Assembly (NCBI GenBank): GCA_902500205.1
Contig: GCA_902500205.1_4868.1
DNA length: 64,000 nt
Reading direction: 5' to 3' (one strand)
From: Escherichia coli
GTDB taxonomy: Bacteria > Pseudomonadota > Gammaproteobacteria > Enterobacterales > Enterobacteriaceae
The position numbers and the translations under genes were made by a program. Positions 1-7,584 of the stretch are shown one piece after another (within the stretch, counting starts at the first letter, position 1; the number at the start of each line of letters is the position of its first letter). A model generated the notes under the pieces. It saw nothing but the letters and a program-made list of their open reading frames with translations, ran no database searches and was not told the DNA's origin.

Positions 1-2026
1 CCGTGTTGCTGCCGAGAGCGCGAAGCCGGAATACGCCAGCTACATGCCGATCGCTATTTCTGGTGCAGCATCTCTGGCTGCTGACTACGGTAAAACTCCG
101 CTGGTCGCAACTGAATACTACACCAACAAAGACCTGGACAAAAACCTGGGTCTGACCTGGACGCTGAACGTGCGTGCTCTGGAAACTCAATCCAAGTTTG
201 CAGAAACCCTGTTCCCGACCATCACTGTGGACACCAACGACGTCGGCATCACCGTTCGTACCAAAGTTACTACTGTAACTCGTGGTATCCTGAACGCCCT
301 GCTGACCAAAGACGTGGTTGAAGACAACCGTCAGCCGCTGCATAACGCGCTGTCTAACCACAAAGTCCTGCAGGACGATGCTATCCGTATCGTACCTTAC
401 GTGATGGAAACCGGTGAGAACGCGAAGTTCTTCGTATCCGAAGACATCATCGAAAACGAAAACGTTCAGCTGGGTCGTGTGCCGGCGTATCCGACCAACT
501 ACCTGAGCTTCTCTGAACGTCGTCTGAACCTGTTCCAGCTGTCTGCCCATCCGGGTATCGTGCAGGAAGGTTACGATGAAACCGACGAAATCGCACCGGG
601 TGCAGCGCTGGGTAGCCTGCTGCTGTCTGTGCGTAAGCCGACCGAAGAAGCGAAAGATGGCGCGCTGATCAAACTGAACGTACGCGACATGCAGTTCGCT
701 ACCTTCCAGCGTCCTCCTGAAGGTGATGGCCGTGAGCTGGTCCTGCAGTTCCGTCGCACTGTGTTCTCCCTGAACGCCAAGTCTCTGGACTGGAAAGGTG
801 CTGAAATCCCGGCACTGGCCGCTCTGGCACAGAACGATTACACCATTCGTTATTCCATGAACATCAGCATGTCTCTGTTCACCAACGGTCAGTTCTCTGG
901 TCGTGTTGACGTGACTGCACCGTCTCTGGAAATCGAAGGTCTGTACGACGCAACTGGTACTGCTGTTGATATCGAAAGCGGCACCGGTAAAGTGATCATC
1001 GACAACCTGAAACTGGAGCTGCTGGGCTGGCGCTTCGACGGTACTCGTACCAACGAGAACCGGAGAACCCAGGGCCTTCTGCTCGACCCGATTTGGGAAC
1101 AAGAGAACTACAAACTGCAGTACGGTTCTCCGATCATGACCAAATCTCCGGTTGGCGTTGAATACGACGACACCGAACGTCTGGACGACCTCGTTTCTGC
1201 GGTTAACATCCGTAACGAAATGCTGGCTATCACTCAGACTCTGTCTTACACCGAAGCGGTTAAGAACGCAGCTGCGTCCATGATCACTCCGTGGGACAAA
1301 CCTGCTATCCGCGGCCTGGGCCGTCACTGGGTTGCTCCGTGGTACAGCGAAAGCGACTACGAAGTGGACAAAGTGATCCAGTCTCTGGATACCAAAGATG
1401 CGCTCATCAACGCCCGTCAGGGTCTGGTACAGCGTATCGGTGACCAGGTAACTCGTGCTATCCAGGACTCTCGCTTCATGCCGGCTCTGCGCCTGCTGAC
1501 TGCGGACCCGAACGCACTGCCGAAAGTTGTTATCGCAACTGACGAACCGACTGCTGCAATGCTGCTGCTGGTTCAGGGTGACCAGCGTCTGCTGGGCGAT
1601 CGCTACGAGTACGAAGTTATCACCACCAACGATGACCGCTGGCGTGTGAAGAACGAAGCTGACGGCAGCTGGACTCGCCGCCTGCAGTGGGTTCTGAAAG
1701 TTCCAACCGCTGATGATGGTTCTTACTGTGTTCTGAACTGGGGTAACCACTTCTGGTCTCCGATCATGGTAACCAACATCAACATCCAGCGTAACGGCGC
1801 TACCAGCAAAGAGCTGGCAGTACAGCCTCGTAACGCGCACATCTGCCACTGCCCGATCACTGGTCTGATCTGGATTAAAGGTATCACCAAGTTCGTGGAA
1901 GAGAAACTGGCGTTCAACGTCACTACTACTTCCAACGGTACCGGCGGTACTAATGGCGGTAATGCGGGTGATGTTGGCGGCGGCGCTACCCAGCCAGGTA
2001 CTGGCGGTGAAGGCGCTGGCGGCTAA
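1..2026 (+). CDS. 5'-truncated, highly expressed virion structural protein (major capsid protein candidate; tail sheath not excluded)
   Basis: Frame is open from the window edge through ATG 44 to TAA 2024-2026; strongly host-optimised codons (CTG, CGT, GGT, AAC, GAA) unlike most neighbours; Gly-rich C-terminal tail; strong terminator directly downstream. Family not verifiable without a search. Confidence 0.6.
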   Translation, partial: RVAAESAKPEYASYMPIAISGAASLAADYGKTPLVATEYYTNKDLDKNLGLTWTLNVRALETQSKFAETLFPTITVDTNDVGITVRTKVTTVTRGILNALLTKDVVEDNRQPLHNALSNHKVLQDDAIRIVPYVMETGENAKFFVSEDIIENENVQLGRVPAYPTNYLSFSERRLNLFQLSAHPGIVQEGYDETDEIAPGAALGSLLLSVRKPTEEAKDGALIKLNVRDMQFATFQRPPEGDGRELVLQFRRTVFSLNAKSLDWKGAEIPALAALAQNDYTIRYSMNISMSLFTNGQFSGRVDVTAPSLEIEGLYDATGTAVDIESGTGKVIIDNLKLELLGWRFDGTRTNENRRTQGLLLDPIWEQENYKLQYGSPIMTKSPVGVEYDDTERLDDLVSAVNIRNEMLAITQTLSYTEAVKNAAASMITPWDKPAIRGLGRHWVAPWYSESDYEVDKVIQSLDTKDALINARQGLVQRIGDQVTRAIQDSRFMPALRLLTADPNALPKVVIATDEPTAAMLLLVQGDQRLLGDRYEYEVITTNDDRWRVKNEADGSWTRRLQWVLKVPTADDGSYCVLNWGNHFWSPIMVTNINIQRNGATSKELAVQPRNAHICHCPITGLIWIKGITKFVEEKLAFNVTTTSNGTGGTNGGNAGDVGGGATQPGTGGEGAGG

Positions 2027-2056
2027 TAATCCGTAAGGATTACGTTGCCTAAGATT

Positions 2057-2096
2057 AGCTTACTCCCTTCGGGGAGTAAGCTTTTTCTTTTTTTCT
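2057..2096 (+). terminator. Intrinsic terminator (11-bp stem, TTCG loop, T-tract)
   Basis: 'agcttactccc-ttcg-gggagtaagct' followed by 'ttttctttttttc'. Confidence 0.85.
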
Positions 2097-2106
2097 AAAA
2101 ATTTAT

Positions 2107-2128
2107 AGATAGATATTATCTTAGGGAG
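2107..2128 (+). promoter_or_regulatory. Conserved 22-bp promoter-like motif, copy 1
   Basis: 'agatagatattatcttagggag'; just after a terminator, 34 nt upstream of ATG 2162. Confidence 0.55.
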
Positions 2129-2161
2129 AAAGTCATCCGGTTTTAACTTAAGGAGACAGTA

Positions 2162-2245
2162 ATGGAAGTCAATTTAGAGAGATCAAGACTAGTTGCACCG
2201 ATGTTTGATGGGCGCGGTTTTATGGCGAACGGTCACCACGTTTGA
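2162..2245 (+). CDS. Micro-ORF (27 aa) with strong Shine-Dalgarno
   Basis: 'taaggagacagtaATG'; MEVNLERSRLVAPMFDGRGFMANGHHV; lies between two promoter-motif copies; too short for the ORF track. Confidence 0.3.
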   Translation: MEVNLERSRLVAPMFDGRGFMANGHHV

Positions 2246-2304
2246 TACCCTAAAGTTTTTTACGTTAAGGGCACTGGGTATGAACCCGTGCCCAAAGTAA
2301 TCTG

Positions 2305-2326
2305 AGATAGATATTATCTACGTGAA
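2305..2326 (+). promoter_or_regulatory. Conserved 22-bp promoter-like motif, copy 2
   Basis: 'agatagatattatctacgtgaa', 33 nt upstream of ATG 2359. Confidence 0.5.
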
Positions 2327-2358
2327 TAATTCTTTTGGTATTATTACTGGGATGTTCA

Positions 2359-3363
2359 ATGAACCGTTATGATTTAGACGTTCAGCCAACGCTAACCCAG
2401 CGGCCCATGCACCGTGGTGCCGTGTCGAAGACTATCACGTACGAAAATAATACCGGGTTTCCCATATACGTCACTGAACTCAGTGGCGGGCATTTTGTTT
2501 TAGCCCCGTCGTCCACCACAGCGGCGGAATTTGGGATTGTGATTTACGTGACCTATACGGTGTTTGCGAACGGTGCTAACCTATCTGGTTTGCGCGACGC
2601 ACATTCGCCAAAGCAGTATGCGCAGATATGTAAGGAATTAACTACGAACGGCGAAACAACGCTGATGTATGTAGTTGATGATATCGGTGCGTTAATGCGA
2701 GGCGACTTGGTGGTGTTGAAGAAGCTAGGAATGGCTTTCTCTACTCAACCAGTAAAACTCGATTCTGAGGTTATTGGTAAGCCAGGAGGGGATCGTAAAG
2801 AATTTGCCTTGGGCGTGGTAGTTGTACAGAAGTACGAAGACCCAGCACCTTTAAAGTGGCTGAGGTTCTATACAACGATGTTGGAAGTCGAACCGATTCG
2901 ATCGAAGTATTACGACGAGGGTATATACATGGTAATCGGTGGTGCGGAGTGCGTCGAAGGGGGTAAGATGATAATGTACTCTTTCGATGACCCGATGTCC
3001 CCGTTCCGGGCGTTTGCATCTGAAGATGAAGCGAGGCGTTATCGGTGGCTCGATAATATTCCAGAGTTGCGAGATGTTCGTGCGAAGCTGGAAGCCACGT
3101 ATCAGGCCAAGTTGCAAGATCTCGATGAGAAAAAGAATCGGCAAGACCTCGATTATCGTACACAACTTAATAATCTGGCGCTAGAGAAGGAGAGGATTAA
3201 CACCCTTAACACAATCCAGACGAATGAGCTTAAGTTGCGTTCCGATGTTCGTAAAGACCAATACGAGTCCCGAGCTTATCAGCGAAAAGATAGCTCGGAG
3301 TTCTTGAAATCCATTCCCGCGTATTTGGCTGCAGGGGTAGCACTCGTTGGGATGATTCTCTGA
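2359..3363 (+). CDS. Hypothetical protein with coiled-coil-like C-terminal half and hydrophobic C-terminal tail
   Basis: ORF-track frame 2335-3363; first ATG at 2359 (track start is TTG); C-terminus 'IPAYLAAGVALVGMIL' looks like a membrane anchor. Confidence 0.7.
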   Translation: MNRYDLDVQPTLTQRPMHRGAVSKTITYENNTGFPIYVTELSGGHFVLAPSSTTAAEFGIVIYVTYTVFANGANLSGLRDAHSPKQYAQICKELTTNGETTLMYVVDDIGALMRGDLVVLKKLGMAFSTQPVKLDSEVIGKPGGDRKEFALGVVVVQKYEDPAPLKWLRFYTTMLEVEPIRSKYYDEGIYMVIGGAECVEGGKMIMYSFDDPMSPFRAFASEDEARRYRWLDNIPELRDVRAKLEATYQAKLQDLDEKKNRQDLDYRTQLNNLALEKERINTLNTIQTNELKLRSDVRKDQYESRAYQRKDSSEFLKSIPAYLAAGVALVGMIL

Positions 3364-3374
3364 GGGAGGCCGGT

Positions 3375-5153
3375 GTGTTTAAAGATGCGATTAGGAAGAT
3401 TAAAGAGGCAGGCGAAATAGTGCCTTTTAATCGTGCAATTGCAGAAGGAGTTGGGTACACACAAGCTAAAGACGGGATACATGATCGTGTGGCAACCATT
3501 CTACGTCGTGAGTTGACGTATGATGAAATCGATAACCCGAAATTACCAGAAGGGTTAACGGTGTTAGGCTGCCGTCAGATGTCCCCGTTTGAAGCTTTTA
3601 TCTTTAAGTTATCGAAGTCGGATAACAATTCACGAAACAATCGTGGCCGGTCAATTATTAACATCTCATCCACTGACACGTATATGGTAATGGCCTCGTT
3701 CCGTGTTCCAGGCGACCCCCGTCCGGTGCAACGACCGATGAGCTTACCATTTATTCGTCGTGGCGGCTTAATGAACTACTACGGTACAACGTACCACGTA
3801 GCACCTGTAATCCACCAACCTGGTATTTGTCGTGAGCACGGTGGTATCTTTATTAACTTTGACTTCACCCGCAAGGTGTCTATCAAGTTCTGTAAGAAAC
3901 CAACGAAGATTCTGGTGAACGGTCGTCCGGAACAACTGTTCTTACCAGGCACGTCGAATCTGTTTGTCTCAACCGGACAGATTGGACACGACACCGATGA
4001 GAAGCCGTTGATGTATTGGCTCTTCGGGCGCTACGGCTTTAAACAAGCTGTGAAGCGTTATGCGGGCGTTGATGTGACGATTTGGCCAGCGATTAAAGTA
4101 CGTGATGTGGACTTAACGAAGTATGTGGTGATTCAGTCCGGTGAGCCACAACTCGCGAAGACCATCCAGTACGTACTGTTGGTTAAACGTGAAGATATGC
4201 CTAACACCGATGCAGGGCGTTGGGATCAGAATGAACATCTGTTGCTGGTAGCGACTGCTGCGTTCTTCAAAGCAGCGCACTACTACGCAGGTAAACAGAA
4301 CAGTAAGAACGGTCGTGCACCAACACTGCCGGGGCTGTTTACACAGATTAACGAAATGGCAATGGACGAAGATATTGCGAACCTCAACTCTGCAGCCTCC
4401 TGGCGCGAAGTGTTGGGTCGTAGTATTCGCGGACTGAAGCCCTCGGATATCGAACTGAGTCGCAGTATGGACAGCCACTTCCAGGAATGTGAACGCTATG
4501 TCAACAGCACCTTCCGTGGTGAGCTGATGGCAAACGATCCGTCCATCCCTGATGATTTGGATATGTTTGATTTCCTCTGGTATACCACGCAGCTGATGGT
4601 GCGTACTCGTCTTACCAAACAAGATGATATTCCGTCTATGTACGGAAAACGTCTCACGGTAACCGATTACTTACTGTTGGGCCAACGTGGCTTTACCACA
4701 ACGATCTCGAAAATACGTTGGAAGCTGGGGCAGTTGGAACATCGGACTCCAGAGACAGCGGCGAAGTCTATTCGAGACGCACTGAACAAACAGATCGTGC
4801 TCAATCTGGTGATGCGCACCATTACGAGCAACGGCGGTATCAGTTTCTTCAATGCCTCTACAGAATCAATGGTATTGGCAGTGTCTACGCACGCCATCGG
4901 TCAAACCGAAACCGATGCTAAGCGTTCGAAGAAAGGAGGCAAGACCGTTAACTTGAACGACCGTACTAAGCACGCATCCGCGTCGCATCTGGAATGTGGT
5001 AACGTCTACTATATTCCTAAGTCGGCACCGTTTAAGGCGAACATCCTCAACCCGTACATGAAGACCAACCCAAGTTTGGTAATGATGCGGAACCCTAAAC
5101 TGGACCCGTACATCAGACCGACCGAAGAAGACATTGCTAAAATCGGCCGCTAA
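3375..5153 (+). CDS. Hypothetical protein (592 aa), possibly virion-associated
   Basis: Long ORF, GTG start after 'gagggagg' SD; no recognisable catalytic motif. Confidence 0.8.
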   Translation: MFKDAIRKIKEAGEIVPFNRAIAEGVGYTQAKDGIHDRVATILRRELTYDEIDNPKLPEGLTVLGCRQMSPFEAFIFKLSKSDNNSRNNRGRSIINISSTDTYMVMASFRVPGDPRPVQRPMSLPFIRRGGLMNYYGTTYHVAPVIHQPGICREHGGIFINFDFTRKVSIKFCKKPTKILVNGRPEQLFLPGTSNLFVSTGQIGHDTDEKPLMYWLFGRYGFKQAVKRYAGVDVTIWPAIKVRDVDLTKYVVIQSGEPQLAKTIQYVLLVKREDMPNTDAGRWDQNEHLLLVATAAFFKAAHYYAGKQNSKNGRAPTLPGLFTQINEMAMDEDIANLNSAASWREVLGRSIRGLKPSDIELSRSMDSHFQECERYVNSTFRGELMANDPSIPDDLDMFDFLWYTTQLMVRTRLTKQDDIPSMYGKRLTVTDYLLLGQRGFTTTISKIRWKLGQLEHRTPETAAKSIRDALNKQIVLNLVMRTITSNGGISFFNASTESMVLAVSTHAIGQTETDAKRSKKGGKTVNLNDRTKHASASHLECGNVYYIPKSAPFKANILNPYMKTNPSLVMMRNPKLDPYIRPTEEDIAKIGR

Positions 5154-5184
5154 TTATTACATCTCTTAAGGAGTATTATTTACA

Positions 5185-6855
5185 ATGAGCATTACTGTTG
5201 AACAAATCAAAAACGTCATCGTTAAACACCTCGATCAGGATGCGGTGCTGTCGCAGCTGAATAACGTGATGCGTAGTCGTAGCATTCCGCCAGATCAGGC
5301 GTTAAAGATTGCGACGTATGTTGCGGCATGGGCAGCATCCAAAGGGGGTAGTGAAGCACAGGTTATCGCATATGCGGTCGACGCGTATAAAGCAGCTGCC
5401 TATCAGCAGGTGCATAACGCGGGCGACGCGTATAACGACGATCGTCACACCAAACTGGTTAATGCTTGGGAACAAGTCGGTAAGATTCTTGCCGAAATTC
5501 GTTCTCAGCAGTCTGGCGGTTTGGGTGGCAGTGGTGGTTTAGGTGGTGGTAGCAACGCAGGTGGGTTACTGGGCGGTAACAGTTCTGGCGGTGTTCGTGT
5601 TACTGATGGCCTGACCATGTCTTCTGCGCCATCTGGTGGTGTTAAGATTGGTAACACAGATGCGGCACTAACCGTGATTGCTGGCGGTGAAGGTCTTAAC
5701 CTGGTCAATGATCCTATTCTGAACCCACAACCGGCGCAAGTAGCCCCAGCACAACAGCCCCGGCCTGAACCAGCACCGGTGCCTGTACAACCAATGCCGG
5801 TGTCTAATGCTACAGTTAATAACCCAGTGCTTTCCCCACTCGGCGCAACAGAAGAAACCGAGAAGGACACTATCAATGGCCCAATTAACAACATTCTGCA
5901 GGAGATTGATTTGATGGAAGACTACGCACTTCACGAGCTGAAAACCCCCGAGCTTAAAATGTCGATTCCAGCGAAGGAAGCTAACAGTCGCATTAAGCAA
6001 TCTGTTTACGCGGAAACGCGTGATTGGGCTACACCGTTGCAAGATATCTTTAACGGTAATGAAGAGGTTGTTTTCTACGACGGGGCTGACCTGATTGTGC
6101 GTGCACGGGATAGTTATCGCGCGTATCTGGTCGGTGTTAACACTGATATGTGCGAACGCATGAAGCAATTTGTTGCTAAGCACGACGCGTTGAAATCCGA
6201 TCTCGACAGCCTGGCGCTGGTAGAAGATGTTGAAACTATCATGGCTAAGGTGAAACGTACGATCGATGAACTGCGTAAGAACACGAAAGAACTGCACGAT
6301 TATGCGATTGCGAACAGCAGCGAAGCAGAAGTGGTTATCAGTGAGATTTCTCGCTTTGCTAATGCGTACCTGGCGAACATCACGTTCTTGGTACACAATG
6401 CGCTGTCGCTGGGCACTAAGCGCGGTAAAGATGTGCCGAAGTTCAAAGCCATCGATTTCGAACGCAAAATCAGCGATATTGATTTCTTCGTAAAAGATCT
6501 GTTCACTGCAACCGCTGGCGACAACGGCGTCAGTGAATATGAAGACTGGTTCCGTGACCTGTTCTTGATGGTGGCGAACTCTCTGCGCAAACTGACTATT
6601 AAGCTGAGCGATTCCGGCAAAGTAGTTAATCTGATTCAGAGCCAGTTCACTATTGTAATTCCAGGCATGTACCATTCCGTTGATAAGCATGATGTGGTTA
6701 CGGTAGCGTCTTTGGGCAATACCGCAGACCCTGTTGTATCTATCTACGAAGCTGTGCAGGAAAACGTGCCACATGCAATTGTATTGATGCAGCTGCCGCA
6801 GCACACCTATCTGCTTCTGAGCAATGGTGAGAAAACTGCACCAGTGTTGTACTAA
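5185..6855 (+). CDS. Hypothetical protein with Gly-rich and Pro-rich low-complexity linkers
   Basis: 'taaggag' SD before ATG 5185; internal 'SGGLGGSGGLGGGSNAGG' and 'PQPAQVAPAQQPRPEPAPVPVQPMP' segments. Confidence 0.8.
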   Translation: MSITVEQIKNVIVKHLDQDAVLSQLNNVMRSRSIPPDQALKIATYVAAWAASKGGSEAQVIAYAVDAYKAAAYQQVHNAGDAYNDDRHTKLVNAWEQVGKILAEIRSQQSGGLGGSGGLGGGSNAGGLLGGNSSGGVRVTDGLTMSSAPSGGVKIGNTDAALTVIAGGEGLNLVNDPILNPQPAQVAPAQQPRPEPAPVPVQPMPVSNATVNNPVLSPLGATEETEKDTINGPINNILQEIDLMEDYALHELKTPELKMSIPAKEANSRIKQSVYAETRDWATPLQDIFNGNEEVVFYDGADLIVRARDSYRAYLVGVNTDMCERMKQFVAKHDALKSDLDSLALVEDVETIMAKVKRTIDELRKNTKELHDYAIANSSEAEVVISEISRFANAYLANITFLVHNALSLGTKRGKDVPKFKAIDFERKISDIDFFVKDLFTATAGDNGVSEYEDWFRDLFLMVANSLRKLTIKLSDSGKVVNLIQSQFTIVIPGMYHSVDKHDVVTVASLGNTADPVVSIYEAVQENVPHAIVLMQLPQHTYLLLSNGEKTAPVLY

Positions 6856-6862
6856 GTAATAC

Positions 6863-6897
6863 GGAGACCTTCGGGTCTCCTATTATTATTTTTTATT
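6863..6897 (+). terminator. Intrinsic terminator (TTCG loop)
   Basis: 'ggagacc-ttcg-ggtctcc' followed by 'tattattattttttatt'. Confidence 0.8.
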
Positions 6898-6920
6898 CTA
6901 CCGTGAAATGGAGTATTAAA

Positions 6921-7187
6921 ATGTCTAGTGTTGAAGCAGTAATCTATTTTGAAAACGATGGGGTCGCAGGGTGTGGCTTCCCGAAGACAACAGGGGTTAA
7001 ATCTCTGTTGGCAAAGTATAAAGAAGAGCTTAAGAAAACGGCAGGGCAGAACCCTGGCGTGCCACTGCGTAGCGTTTTTCCTGAGATGGAGAAGGCCGCA
7101 AAAACTGATCCGGTGCTAGATATGTTCTGCGGGATGATCAAAGAGCGATTCCCTGACATTGATAAGTACCACATTACGCTGGCGTAA
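6921..7187 (+). CDS. Small hypothetical protein
   Basis: ATG 6921 after 'ggag'; ORF-track frame 6903-7187. Confidence 0.6.
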   Translation: MSSVEAVIYFENDGVAGCGFPKTTGVKSLLAKYKEELKKTAGQNPGVPLRSVFPEMEKAAKTDPVLDMFCGMIKERFPDIDKYHITLA

Positions 7188-7221
7188 TTATTATAGAGTA
7201 GCTCTATAATGAGGTTCGAGC

Positions 7222-7524
7222 ATGGTAAAGTTCATTGTTGTCAACATGGATTTTGAGCGTAGTGTGCGTTTTCGCTTTGAGTTACCTGAAAACAAAGCGA
7301 CTGAAGCTTTCTTAGCCGACTTCCACAAAGCCAAAACAGCGATCAGTCATGGACGTCGCTGGCAAATCTTCTATAACGCCCGTAAAGGCCTCCTGAAGGC
7401 GTTAAAAGCAGCAAAGGATACAAAGGTATTGGAAAAGCTAGAACCTTTCCAGAACGACCCTCTGGCGATTGGTATCATGCTCGACGAACTGGTTAATAAA
7501 CCCAAAGCTGCTACAGAAGATTAA
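7222..7524 (+). CDS. Small hypothetical protein (100 aa)
   Basis: ORF with ATG 7222; ends at a bidirectional terminator. Confidence 0.65.
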   Translation: MVKFIVVNMDFERSVRFRFELPENKATEAFLADFHKAKTAISHGRRWQIFYNARKGLLKALKAAKDTKVLEKLEPFQNDPLAIGIMLDELVNKPKAATED

Positions 7525-7582
7525 AAAAGAAAAGGTACCTCTCCCCGAAGGGAGAGGTAAACCTTATTTCTTTTTCTTTTTT
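7523..7582. terminator. Bidirectional intrinsic terminator between convergent genes
   Basis: Stem 'acctctccc/gggagaggt' with 'cgaa' loop, A-tract on the 5' side and 'ttatttctttttcttttttg' on the 3' side. Confidence 0.8.
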
Positions 7583-7584
7583 GT

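Noticed and set aside
5668-6804. 378-aa minus-strand ORF (and the 129-aa ORF 5505-5894) antisense to gene 5185-6855
   Set aside because: Fully embedded antisense to a well-supported gene; the open frame is explained by low-complexity, GC-rich sense codons.
7192-7210. Palindrome 'TATAGAG-TAG-CTCTATA' overlapping a perfect 'TATAAT' upstream of gene 7222
   Set aside because: No matching -35 element at 16-19 bp spacing and the hairpin is AT-rich and weak; could be a minor regulatory hairpin but support is insufficient.
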